A DNA stretch of 64,000 nt from Escherichia phage W70. The stretch lies in sequence record OP778610. One strand, written 5' to 3'. Both the position numbers and the translations under genes were made by a program. The notes below the pieces were generated by a model. It was given only the letters and a program-made list of their open reading frames with translations. It did no database searches and was not told the origin of the DNA. Positions 55,517 through 64,000 of this stretch are shown here, piece by piece (the first letter of the stretch is position 1; every line of letters begins with the position of its first letter).

Positions 55517-56060
55517 TTAAGTAGGCATCTGCAAGATCTGTAGACCCGCCGTTCTTACCCGTCTTTGAATATCCAGCTAAAAACCCAGGTTCCATCAACT
55601 CGCAAACCTTCATCATTTGATCTTTATCCATTTTAATTTTTTCCATCTTCGTACCTTTTGCATTCATCACTTCTTGTTCTTCACCAGGTAACTTACCTCG
55701 TGCCCAAGATTTAACGGATGTTGGTGCAATTGTGTGTATGTTGTCCATACTATACCCATCTCGAAGCAGTGTCAACTGAATACAGAAAAATAATCCTGCA
55801 AGATCCCTTGTCGCATTACCAGCAGAGCCGAAACTCAAAGACTCCAATACGATCTTCTCAACCTTAAAAGATTCACAAATATCTGCAATGTGTCTAGAGA
55901 TGTATGCCATCTGCTCGACAGGGTTGTCAAATCGAATCTGCCAGTCCTTGGCATTTGCAGATCCAGTGGTTTTTAATACCTCTTTAAAGATCGGTTCATT
56001 ACCGTCAAAAACTACACATGCACAAGAAGCCATACTCTGATCGATGGATAAAATTTTCAC
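55482..56060 (-). CDS. RuvC-like crossover junction endonuclease
   Basis: N-terminal MKILSIDQSMASCACVVF resembles RuvC motif I. Confidence 0.5.
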   Translation of the reverse strand: MKILSIDQSMASCACVVFDGNEPIFKEVLKTTGSANAKDWQIRFDNPVEQMAYISRHIADICESFKVEKIVLESLSFGSAGNATRDLAGLFFCIQLTLLRDGYSMDNIHTIAPTSVKSWARGKLPGEEQEVMNAKGTKMEKIKMDKDQMMKVCELMEPGFLAGYSKTGKNGGSTDLADAYLIGRCYLERNGY

Positions 56061-56368
56061 GCTGATTCCCCTTCTTCGGTATTATCAAGATAATGATACT
56101 GGTCGATTAAGAACACATAGTTCTTTACTTCTCCGTCCATGTAAACCATAAAAGTTACATATTTCTCATCATAGAACGGATCACCAACAACATAGATCTG
56201 GCAGATAGAATCAACACGTTTGTCAAACCACTGGATTCGCCAAGGCTCCTCAAGCATAGTCCAAGGTTCTTCAATCTTGTAGACCTGGCGCTTTGCGCCA
56301 GGAACGAGTGCTGCACGAATTTCGTCAGCGATCATAACATCATCAAAACTCTCAGAAAAACCCGACAT
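56057..56368 (-). CDS. hypothetical protein
   Basis: 103 aa. Confidence 0.5.
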   Translation of the reverse strand: MSGFSESFDDVMIADEIRAALVPGAKRQVYKIEEPWTMLEEPWRIQWFDKRVDSICQIYVVGDPFYDEKYVTFMVYMDGEVKNYVFLIDQYHYLDNTEEGESA

Positions 56369-57477
56369 TAAATACCTACCCGTTTTAAAGTTGAGGCTAA
56401 TGTTGTCTTATCATTTTCTGTACGCTTCATATAAACACACTGGAAAATGACAGAAGCCCACTGACCCGCCGAAAACTTACGATGATTACCTAAATGATCT
56501 GTGTATTCAACACCATCAGGAAACCACTTCTTATATTGATCAATAATAGCCAACCACATACTCTTCTCGTCTGCACAAGGGGAGATGACCTGGAAAGCCG
56601 ATGTTTCACCAAAGCGAAGACCCTCGAAGGTTTGATATGGTTTAACGTTATCCGCTGCATCACCAAATAGCATTTGGTAACCGAAGAATTTCTTACCCCA
56701 ACCTTTTACCTTACCAGACTCCATCCAGATCTCACCCATAGAATCATCGATCAACCAAAGTTCAGGATGTTTCCATGTACGCTCTGTTGAGTCACGCATT
56801 GTGTTAAACAACAAAGAAGGAACCTGAACCTGATCCTTATCGAATGATGCCACAATATGACTAAACTTTCCAGTCTTCCGATAATTTAAATATCCTTTAT
56901 ATCCAAGGATCGATAAATAATCATCTGCCTCAATACCATCCACAATGATCGCACCATACTTCTGCTGAACATATCGACGAGTCTCCCCAAGCAACAGAGG
57001 ACGTAAAGTATCTTCACGGTTACCCTTATAGATCTCAGGGGTCGGGAGTGCAAGACGGAAGTTACCACTCCCACCTAAAACACCAAGCCCGTTTGCTGAT
57101 CCTACGTGTTCAAGAATAGCATTGATCTTAATCTTCAATAAGTGAAGACAGTTCTCCACTGGTTCTGGAGTTTGCTTTTCAATGATCTCGAAATCATCAC
57201 GGGTCCACGGAGTAAATTCTTTTCCGCGAGCAACCGCTTTTGCTTCCATATTAATGTTTTGGTCTTTTAACCATCCACCAACAACATTCTTTTGGCGACC
57301 CCAGAATTCTGTTCGATTTTTAAACTCTTTCTCTCGGCCTGTTTCTTTGTGCCGAGCAATGATCGTTCGCTTCTCTGCACCTGCCGCAGCCACGTATGCT
57401 GTCTGGTCCAGATCCAATGCCACGACAACATTATCTTCGACAATACCTGACCAATCTTTAATTACCGGATAACCCAT
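56368..57477 (-). CDS. 5'-3' exonuclease / flap endonuclease (PIN-like)
   Basis: PEIYKGNRE, GIEADDYLSILG and FGDAADNVKP motifs of the FEN family. Confidence 0.65.
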   Translation of the reverse strand: MGYPVIKDWSGIVEDNVVVALDLDQTAYVAAAGAEKRTIIARHKETGREKEFKNRTEFWGRQKNVVGGWLKDQNINMEAKAVARGKEFTPWTRDDFEIIEKQTPEPVENCLHLLKIKINAILEHVGSANGLGVLGGSGNFRLALPTPEIYKGNREDTLRPLLLGETRRYVQQKYGAIIVDGIEADDYLSILGYKGYLNYRKTGKFSHIVASFDKDQVQVPSLLFNTMRDSTERTWKHPELWLIDDSMGEIWMESGKVKGWGKKFFGYQMLFGDAADNVKPYQTFEGLRFGETSAFQVISPCADEKSMWLAIIDQYKKWFPDGVEYTDHLGNHRKFSAGQWASVIFQCVYMKRTENDKTTLASTLKRVGI

Positions 57478-57491
57478 GAAATCTCCCCTTA

Positions 57492-58010
57492 TTAAAATGC
57501 TTCGCCGTAATCTTCGTCTTCTTTAACTTCTTTTACTGGTCGCTTAAATTTGAAATCTTGACCCATGTATTCATACAGATAATCAATATTCAAAGACCAT
57601 TCTTGCTTACTTCTTTGTCGCCATAAACTAAATTCTTCTTTCAAATAATCAATCGCCTGATCACGAGTGATGTTGTTAACCTTCATGAATTGACGAATTG
57701 CCCTTTCAAGGTGTCCATTCTTTTGTGCTAACCCAGGATGCATGAATTCATGACAAGGTGGGCAAAGACACATAAGGCCGACAAGTTTAACCTCTCCATT
57801 TTCAAAAGTCCACTCTTCATGACATTCTACCGCATGTTTTCTTCCATTACCTCCCTGACCGTTACATATCTGACAATGCCAGTTGTGCTCTGCATAACTT
57901 TTCTTGCGGATCTTATCCCATTGGGACTGAGTAAGATATGAACGTAAATTGTTATTCCATGCTGTCTGTGGGATTATGCAAATTTTATGTTTTATATCTA
58001 CCATTTTCAT
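57492..58010 (-). CDS. HNH/His-Me-finger nuclease-like zinc-binding protein
   Basis: HCQICNG..RKHAVECHEEW and CPPCHEFMHPG. Confidence 0.4.
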   Translation of the reverse strand: MKMVDIKHKICIIPQTAWNNNLRSYLTQSQWDKIRKKSYAEHNWHCQICNGQGGNGRKHAVECHEEWTFENGEVKLVGLMCLCPPCHEFMHPGLAQKNGHLERAIRQFMKVNNITRDQAIDYLKEEFSLWRQRSKQEWSLNIDYLYEYMGQDFKFKRPVKEVKEDEDYGEAF

Positions 58011-58516
58011 TTTCCTCTAAAGTTGCCTTCCAGTTCAGGGTATTTTTCATTTTTTAGATCGAGGTAAGCTTGTTTTGCTTCCTCTTCTGTTTTGCAATAC
58101 TTCACGTACTCTCGACCACCCCTGTTAAGTCTTGCTTGCCAGCAATTACTCTTTTTATGCCAACGATAACCTTTACTCAGTGACCTGTTTACGTTGTTTG
58201 CAGATCTATCGACTTCTCGCAGATTCCAACCTGCATTATTTTGTCTATTCCCGTCTATGTGATCAATATCTCCAAGAGGCCAATACCCATTAAGAATGAA
58301 AAACACAACTCTATGCGCCCTATAAGTTTTGTCATTAAGATTCCCGTAAAAATAATTACGATCTCCTTTCTTACATGTTGTGAAGGCGGGATCTCCTATC
58401 TCAGACCTTATTCTCTTTATCTTCCAACGAAGACCTGTATAACTTGACTCATCAACCCCCAGCGATAACTTTATATTTTCAAGTTCCTCCTCGGTTGGGA
58501 CTCTAACTTTTGTCAT
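58007..58516 (-). CDS. HNH homing endonuclease (HNH_3 type)
   Basis: GDIDHIDGNRQNNAGWNLREVDRSAN; paralog of 17955 and 62199 genes. Confidence 0.7.
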   Translation of the reverse strand: MTKVRVPTEEELENIKLSLGVDESSYTGLRWKIKRIRSEIGDPAFTTCKKGDRNYFYGNLNDKTYRAHRVVFFILNGYWPLGDIDHIDGNRQNNAGWNLREVDRSANNVNRSLSKGYRWHKKSNCWQARLNRGGREYVKYCKTEEEAKQAYLDLKNEKYPELEGNFRGK

Positions 58517-59068
58517 TTAATATGCCTCACATTTACCAATCATATTCATAGCTTCAGAAACATCGATAATCATATCGGTTGCTTCGTCCCAAGCTTTCCC
58601 CAAGAGATTCTCACCATACCAGAAACTTTCATCATCTACCATAGGGTGATTCTCATCCATACCGATCCCCCATATACGATCTCTCGGAGAAGCCTCTACA
58701 AACTTTAAACCCTTTTTACGGTAACCTACCGCAAGTTCACGGAGATTACCATTATCACACATACGACTATACACTAAACGGGTTACAATGTTAAATTTAT
58801 TTTCATCCCAAACTGCCTGATCAAAATCCTTAACTTTACGACCTAGCCTTTTAGCACCTTGTGGAGTTACAGATTTAAGGATTCTTTCCGCTGAAGCTTT
58901 GTCACCGAAAAGCATAGCCTTTTCATACATCATGTAATGCTCACCTGTGTGGAAATAAACCCCTTTCATCTTCTGGTCGAAGTTTGAAAACGGAGAGATC
59001 TCCTGGTAATGATTACTAAAAACATCACGAAAAGAATAAAAGAACACATGTTTATCAGTGACTCGCAT
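58517..59068 (-). CDS. NADAR-domain protein (YbiA-like ADP-ribose N-glycosidase fold)
   Basis: FFYSFRDVFSNHYQ, GEHYMMYEKAMLFGD, LKFVEASPRDRIWGIG motifs; start moved to internal ATG with SD AGGAG (track ORF to 59161). Confidence 0.65.
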   Translation of the reverse strand: MRVTDKHVFFYSFRDVFSNHYQEISPFSNFDQKMKGVYFHTGEHYMMYEKAMLFGDKASAERILKSVTPQGAKRLGRKVKDFDQAVWDENKFNIVTRLVYSRMCDNGNLRELAVGYRKKGLKFVEASPRDRIWGIGMDENHPMVDDESFWYGENLLGKAWDEATDMIIDVSEAMNMIGKCEAY

Positions 59069-59204
59069 AAAAACTCCTATAGATCTAATGCAGATATTGA
59101 AATCAAGAATAGCACTACCGAAAGTAATCCGTCCGGCGTACTGAAAAATCCAATCCAGCACGCTCTTGTGAACAGGTAGAATGCCAGTATTAAAACGATA
59201 ACCC

Positions 59205-59441
59205 CTAAGAATGTTTCGATTTTTCTAACTCCCGAGCCATAATCTTCGTAATGTCAGCAAACGCAACATAAGCATGTTTGTAACAACCTACATCAACATT
59301 GAGAGACTTGATCTCCTCTTCTAATGAATTTATTACATGAAGTGTTTGACGAATAAGATCAACATCCTTAGTCGTTACATTGGGCGAAGCTGTCATCAAC
59401 TTAAGCCTTTCTTTAATCGTTTCGATATCTTGATTATACAT
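59205..59441 (-). CDS. hypothetical small protein
   Basis: 78 aa. Confidence 0.45.
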   Translation of the reverse strand: MYNQDIETIKERLKLMTASPNVTTKDVDLIRQTLHVINSLEEEIKSLNVDVGCYKHAYVAFADITKIMARELEKSKHS

Positions 59442-59766
59442 TCACAATCTCCAGTAAAGATCCAGGAATTGAAACAGAACAGTTTTCTGCCATCGGGAAT
59501 TTAGCAATCCAATCTGAAAGGCTGCAATAGGCAGACCAATCAAAGTCTTCGTCGAAAACGACAATATTATTAAATTCCACACCATCAAGATTAACAATCT
59601 TTTTAATAATCAGGTCTTCGATCTGACTTGCCTTAAAAAGACCACAGATTTTGGATGGCAAGTTAAGTCCCCACCGTTCACGAAATTCAGAATCTTCAAA
59701 CTTGAAGAAACCAACTGCCTTTGCCAAGTCTGCTGCACGGACCTCTAAAATAACCAATTTACTCAT
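59434..59766 (-). CDS. hypothetical protein
   Basis: 110 aa. Confidence 0.5.
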   Translation of the reverse strand: MSKLVILEVRAADLAKAVGFFKFEDSEFRERWGLNLPSKICGLFKASQIEDLIIKKIVNLDGVEFNNIVVFDEDFDWSAYCSLSDWIAKFPMAENCSVSIPGSLLEIVNV

Positions 59767-60015
59767 TTAATTTTCTCCTCGATCTGTGTAGTGCTGTATA
59801 ATCTCATTTAAACATTTACCTGTCAACGAAAATTTCTTAGCTACGTAGCATTCGAGAATATGCTCTTTCAAGTCTTCAGAGTCAGTGTATCCCATCTTCA
59901 CAATGAAGTTGCGAATCTTAGCCTTATCTTTATCATTTAAAGAATTAAAATAATCACTTTTAGAATTAATTATCCTCATTTTCAAGTTTCCTGATCTGAT
60001 AGTAAAGAGAGTCAA
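59767..60015 (-). CDS. hypothetical small protein
   Basis: 82 aa; alternative start at 59979. Confidence 0.45.
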   Translation of the reverse strand: MTLFTIRSGNLKMRIINSKSDYFNSLNDKDKAKIRNFIVKMGYTDSEDLKEHILECYVAKKFSLTGKCLNEIIQHYTDRGEN

Positions 60016-60238
60016 TGATCTCTTCGTTGGCCTTAATGTACATATCCCGTAAGAAAGGTTTCAACCCATCACGCAAAATATTTCCATCACAAGCATCGTT
60101 CAGGTATGGATGACCTAGAGCCTCCCAGGCAGGTTGATTGGTATAAGTGCCCCAGCCTTCATTCATCATCTGGTTAAGATACTCGATTTGTTTTATCTTA
60201 AGCTGCAAAGCTTCAATAGTAAGCTGTTTAATGTTCAT
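59966..60238 (-). CDS. hypothetical small protein
   Basis: 90 aa. Confidence 0.45.
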   Translation of the reverse strand: MNIKQLTIEALQLKIKQIEYLNQMMNEGWGTYTNQPAWEALGHPYLNDACDGNILRDGLKPFLRDMYIKANEEIIDSLYYQIRKLENEDN

Positions 60239-60702
60239 CAGTAAAGGTCCTCCGAGTAAAGTTCTTTCTCACTTCCACCACGTTCGATACGTACCTGTCC
60301 GGCATAAGTTGCAATAACCATTGCTTCTTCACGAGTCCAGTAATTTGAATATTGATCAATAAAGCCTTGATCATCACCACAAACTTGTTGTGAAACTAAT
60401 TGGGGACCAACCACATCAAGCACTTCAGCCATATCTTTAGAGTAATGACGAGCACCAGGAATGACTATAGTTCCACCATCCTTCAATTTAAACCGATTAG
60501 CAGCACATACAATAGTACGTTGAACTTTTTGATCATTATTCCAATGACATGTTTGCCAACAGATCTCAGGAATATCGTCCATCATATCTTCGAAAGAGTA
60601 ATCAGCATTTCCGTATGACTGTAGTTTTTCAAACAAACTCTCTGGAGTTTCACGAGACAAAGCTTTATCCAATAATTCCAGACGTTCTTTAAAAGTTTTC
60701 AA
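60238..60702 (-). CDS. hypothetical protein
   Basis: 154 aa. Confidence 0.5.
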   Translation of the reverse strand: MKTFKERLELLDKALSRETPESLFEKLQSYGNADYSFEDMMDDIPEICWQTCHWNNDQKVQRTIVCAANRFKLKDGGTIVIPGARHYSKDMAEVLDVVGPQLVSQQVCGDDQGFIDQYSNYWTREEAMVIATYAGQVRIERGGSEKELYSEDLY

Positions 60703-60706
60703 TTGA

Positions 60707-60895
60707 TCACCCCTCTGTAGTAGAATCTTGCTTGGTCATTTCACGAAGAATAAGTGCTCCAACATTTTCAAGAAGTGTTACGAGAGAGTCAACTTCAGGT
60801 AACTTAATACTCTTAGATTCTTTACTCATCCCATCACGAACTGACGAAATTTGCATAAACACGGCGATCATTTCTTTTGTAAGCTTAATATTCAT
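60707..60895 (-). CDS. hypothetical small protein
   Basis: 62 aa. Confidence 0.4.
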   Translation of the reverse strand: MNIKLTKEMIAVFMQISSVRDGMSKESKSIKLPEVDSLVTLLENVGALILREMTKQDSTTEG

Positions 60896-60970
60896 TTTAT
60901 CCTCTTTAGTTAGTAGATGAATCGTTGATCATGGTTGTGGCCCAAGTTGAACAATCTGAAGTAATTTATA

Positions 60971-61192
60971 TCAATTTCTCTTGATGTGTTTACTAGGACA
61001 GGCTCCCGCACCGTCTTTATATACCACAGCAGACGATCGACCGTTGCTATAAACGCATACAGTTTGGCTACCGTCGCGGTATGAATCTTCTAAGTCTAAC
61101 GTCTGACTGGCGTGAGCCTCAGGGAAGTTTAGTACACTCGTAATTAGGCAACCAAGTGCAAAACCCATAATCAGTGCTCTATTTTTGCGCAT
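60971..61192 (-). CDS. hypothetical small secreted protein (signal peptide)
   Basis: basic N-terminus, hydrophobic core ALIMGFALGCLITSVL, AHA-S cleavage-like site. Confidence 0.5.
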   Translation of the reverse strand: MRKNRALIMGFALGCLITSVLNFPEAHASQTLDLEDSYRDGSQTVCVYSNGRSSAVVYKDGAGACPSKHIKRN

Positions 61193-61270
61193 TATTTCAT
61201 ATCCTCTTCGTTGGTTGATATAAGGATTATACAGGATTGGTGGCAGGTGTCAATAGATAGATAAAGAAAA

Positions 61271-61289
61271 ACCGCCCCGAAGGGCGGCT
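61271..61289 (-). terminator. rho-independent terminator (minus strand)
   Basis: AGCCGCCC-TTCG-GGGCGGT on minus strand followed by TTTTTCTTT. Confidence 0.7.
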
Positions 61290-61298
61290 TAAAAATTT

Positions 61299-61541
61299 TT
61301 ACCAATTTGCGTAACCATCTTGTTCATCAGTGTCACGATCTACGATTCGTGGCTTTGGAGTTAGATCCATATGAGCAAGAGGCGTACCTTCTGGAATATC
61401 ATTCAGTGAATATTCAACATTTACCAGTTGACCTGTAAGCTCATCCATCTTTTGGGAGATATACGCTGCAACTGATCGACCTTCCAGAGTAGCCAGGTAT
61501 TTCAGTTTTTCGTAAGTCGCGTCATTAAAATTGATATTCAT
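61299..61541 (-). CDS. hypothetical protein
   Basis: 80 aa. Confidence 0.5.
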   Translation of the reverse strand: MNINFNDATYEKLKYLATLEGRSVAAYISQKMDELTGQLVNVEYSLNDIPEGTPLAHMDLTPKPRIVDRDTDEQDGYANW

Positions 61542-61603
61542 ATTTGTATCTCCTTTTTGTATTTTTCATTATAAGGGCCACACTAACGTGGCCCGATCGT
61601 TAC

Positions 61604-61825
61604 TTAAGCTACCAGTTCTAAATCTTCAGCTTCTGCGTAGAAACCATCAACGATAACACCATCCTGACGTGTGAATGCAACAATAACATCTCCCCAATCT
61701 TCATCGACGAATTCAACAACGCCAATATCTCCAAATCGAACACCAGACAAACTGTAGCGGTCTTCATAATTACCTAACGGACTGAACTTAACTGTCTGAC
61801 CTGGATTAACTTCTTTGATATTCAC
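61604..61825 (-). CDS. hypothetical protein
   Basis: 73 aa. Confidence 0.5.
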   Translation of the reverse strand: MNIKEVNPGQTVKFSPLGNYEDRYSLSGVRFGDIGVVEFVDEDWGDVIVAFTRQDGVIVDGFYAEAEDLELVA

Positions 61826-61867
61826 AGAATTTCTCCTTATACAACTTTAAGATATTAGCTTTCTATA

Positions 61868-62182
61868 TTATTCACCAAAAGCAACTTCACGACCCATCAG
61901 GATATCAAGCTCATTCAGTTGCTCAATCTGACTTTCAAGCGCTGCACGTTTCTTCTCTGCTGCATCTTGCTTATCGTATTCACCGTTGATCAGGGTACGC
62001 AGGAATTTAGGGTCGATGTTCAGGTCTTCTTTAGTGATCGCCAGTATGCTTTTCAGATCTTCAGCGGCATCTTTCTGACGACGAACAGCTTCAACACCTT
62101 CCTGAACAATGTTAGCCAGACGCTTACGAACTTCCAGGTCAGAAGGCAGGGTAGTGATCAGATCAGTTTTAGATTTAGCCAT
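61868..62182 (-). CDS. hypothetical protein
   Basis: start moved to MAKSKTDL ATG; SD AGGAG 10 nt upstream; 104 aa. Confidence 0.45.
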   Translation of the reverse strand: MAKSKTDLITTLPSDLEVRKRLANIVQEGVEAVRRQKDAAEDLKSILAITKEDLNIDPKFLRTLINGEYDKQDAAEKKRAALESQIEQLNELDILMGREVAFGE

Positions 62183-62198
62183 TTTTTTATTTCTCCTA

Positions 62199-62699
62199 TT
62201 ATTTCCAATAAAATTTACCATTAAGATGAGGGTAGAGTTCAAGTTTCTTTTTCTCGTACCACTCCCTCGCTTCTTTTTCACTTAAGGTGTTTTTAGTATA
62301 CACCCTAACTCCGCACTTTACAACACTTCTCCAACAATTTTTCTCTGTACACCAAAAATAACCACGAGCTATTTTATTAGCACCGTTATCCAAATGATCA
62401 ACCTCTCGGAGATTATCAGGATTGTTGTTACTTTTATCTCTGTCTATATGGTCTATTATACCACTAGGCCAATAGCCTCTGTCAAGAAAAAATACAACTC
62501 GGTGACAAAGATACGGCTTATTCAAAAATCTACCAGAGAAATACCCACTCTTTGTTACTGTGGTCATTGCTGGGTCACCAACCAAAGCCCTTGGCCCAGG
62601 TGATAACTTCCAACGAAGAAAACTTATACTTGTGTCATCTACGAAAAGATAATCATTGATTGCATAAAGTTCCTTATCACTTGGGATGTATATTTTCAT
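62199..62699 (-). CDS. HNH homing endonuclease (HNH_3 type)
   Basis: GIIDHIDRDKSNNNPDNLREVDHLDN; paralog of 17955 and 58007 genes. Confidence 0.7.
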   Translation of the reverse strand: MKIYIPSDKELYAINDYLFVDDTSISFLRWKLSPGPRALVGDPAMTTVTKSGYFSGRFLNKPYLCHRVVFFLDRGYWPSGIIDHIDRDKSNNNPDNLREVDHLDNGANKIARGYFWCTEKNCWRSVVKCGVRVYTKNTLSEKEAREWYEKKKLELYPHLNGKFYWK

Positions 62700-62759
62700 A
62701 AAATAACACCTCTATCTTTGCTTCGATGGGGTAAATAATACCCCATTCAATATCTTCTG

Positions 62760-63104
62760 TCAAGCAGGATTTTTAAGTTCTTTAAAAACAACCTGAAAGA
62801 CTGGAATTTCATCACTGATCTCTGACACAAGCAGAGCTACAGTTTCACAAGGTAAAGTACACGTTGCAAATGTTTCATAACCCGTATGGATCTTCAAGGT
62901 TAAATTACCTTTTAGTCCAATTTGGAACTGACGGACAAAAGGACTTAATGCACTGACATAGATCTCATGATAACCGTTTGGACGACGAGCATATTTTTTA
63001 CCACTCGCAAGACCTGTAATAACTAAACCATCAAAAGAAATTTTAGTCTGAGAACCATCATACACAGGTAAGCCAGGTTTTTCAACATCTTTTTCTTGAT
63101 TCAT
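62760..63104 (-). CDS. hypothetical protein
   Basis: 114 aa. Confidence 0.5.
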   Translation of the reverse strand: MNQEKDVEKPGLPVYDGSQTKISFDGLVITGLASGKKYARRPNGYHEIYVSALSPFVRQFQIGLKGNLTLKIHTGYETFATCTLPCETVALLVSEISDEIPVFQVVFKELKNPA

Positions 63105-63112
63105 AATTCCCC

Positions 63113-63289
63113 CTATCGTACAAACATTTTACCCTGGTCACAATAACCGTTTTTAATTCCTCGTGGAGCAGACAAACATTTTACTGCAATCTCTCCACAC
63201 TTGCAAGGAGCATTTTCACGTTCTGCAATCTTTCGATTCTGATCGAAAACTTCACCACATTTTTCACATTTGTAAGAATACAACGGCAT
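63113..63289 (-). CDS. FmdB-like zinc-ribbon protein (58 aa)
   Basis: MPLYSYKCEKCGEVFDQ...CKCGE..VKC; hand-translated, not in ORF track. Confidence 0.5.
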   Translation of the reverse strand: MPLYSYKCEKCGEVFDQNRKIAERENAPCKCGEIAVKCLSAPRGIKNGYCDQGKMFVR

Positions 63290-63292
63290 TAA

Positions 63293-63982
63293 TTACATAC
63301 CCTCCAGGTTTGCTTCAAAATAAGTGATTGGCTTCATGATCTTGCCATTCTTATCTTTAAATACTACACGATCCATACCATCACCACCTTTTACGATGCT
63401 TCCCTTTACACCTTGATAACGGTTACGGTTACGCAGTTCAATCTGTTCAGCTTCCAAACGCAACATGGCATCAATATCAAAATCAGCTTCTGCAAAAAAG
63501 TAATACGTCTTGTAGAAACATTCCGTAAATTCTTTCACGGTTGGGATCTTGGAATCATTTGAATCCAAAACCTCATTTAAAGCACGACGAGCATTAAAGT
63601 TGGAGTTCTGCATGATTGCAACAACCGCCATAACGATCCCGTTTGTATTGTCACTCTCGATAAATTGATCAAGAGTTCGATAAAGCGAAGTCAGATTATA
63701 CGTACCAACATTGTCAGCAGGACAGATGTTTTCAGAACCACCTTTCAGGAAGTTGTAATATGATCCAACTACAAACAGGTCGCAAAGTGCATCTATGATT
63801 TCCTTACGATTCTTTTTAGTTAAACCAAGATCATAAAGTTCATTGTACTCTTCCATAACAAGAGTTTTTTGGAATTTTGAAACATCTTCAGAGAAGTCAT
63901 GAAAACCACGAGCAACAAAATTCCAATTTTTTACTCGCTCTGCTGCTTCCCGAAAGAAGCTATTGCCCTTAACATCAATCAT
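63293..63982 (-). CDS. hypothetical protein, possible MazG-like NTP pyrophosphohydrolase
   Basis: VMEEYNELYDLGLTKKNRKEIIDALCDLFVV resembles the all-alpha NTP-PPase EExxE..D motif. Confidence 0.35.
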   Translation of the reverse strand: MIDVKGNSFFREAAERVKNWNFVARGFHDFSEDVSKFQKTLVMEEYNELYDLGLTKKNRKEIIDALCDLFVVGSYYNFLKGGSENICPADNVGTYNLTSLYRTLDQFIESDNTNGIVMAVVAIMQNSNFNARRALNEVLDSNDSKIPTVKEFTECFYKTYYFFAEADFDIDAMLRLEAEQIELRNRNRYQGVKGSIVKGGDGMDRVVFKDKNGKIMKPITYFEANLEGM

Positions 63983-64000
63983 CTCGGAAATAAAGGTTTT

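Noticed and set aside
1-64000. Assignment to a T4-like phage
   Set aside because: Although nrd, endonuclease VII and dNMP kinase occur in T4, the M15 peptidase, ClpP-like protease, FEN-type exonuclease, HAD nucleotidase and TTGACA-type promoter battery fit a T5-like early region better. This remains an inference without a database search.

Overview
The window reads as part of a large virulent dsDNA phage genome of about 40% GC; gene content and promoter style resemble a T5-like early region, which is an inference from the sequence alone with no database search. Layout: a partial minus-strand gene at 1-404; a plus-strand block (527-8838) with a (p)ppGpp hydrolase, a MoxR-like AAA+ ATPase paired with an HExxH/VWA protein, and unknown genes; a repeat-rich non-coding stretch (8836-10130); a battery of about 22 tiny plus-strand ORFs (10132-16789), most with their own TTGACA-N16/17 sigma70-like promoter and many with a GC-rich 5'-UTR hairpin; a second repeat-rich non-coding region (16800-19015) holding a free-standing HNH homing endonuclease and marking the convergence point of transcription; then one long minus-strand array (19016-63982). 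The minus array encodes three paralogous RCC1-like repeat proteins, many small unknowns, a Pol-beta nucleotidyltransferase, a CCA-adding enzyme, Dam-like methyltransferase, ClpP-like protease, SLOG/DprA-like protein, NrdG/NrdD/NrdB/NrdA with glutaredoxin, PhoH, M15 peptidase, ThyX-like protein, dNMP kinase, HAD nucleotidase, DnaQ-like exonuclease, endonuclease VII, RuvC-like resolvase, flap endonuclease, HNH endonucleases, a NADAR protein and MazG-like proteins. No rRNA, tRNA or CRISPR array was found. The most unusual signals are the promoter/hairpin small-gene battery, the RCC1-like paralog triplet with a shared translation-initiation region, the iteron arrays and DnaA-box-like motifs, and a set of candidate anti-defence genes. 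All product calls rest on motifs read by eye; starts were moved from the ORF track where an internal ATG has a better Shine-Dalgarno (SD).
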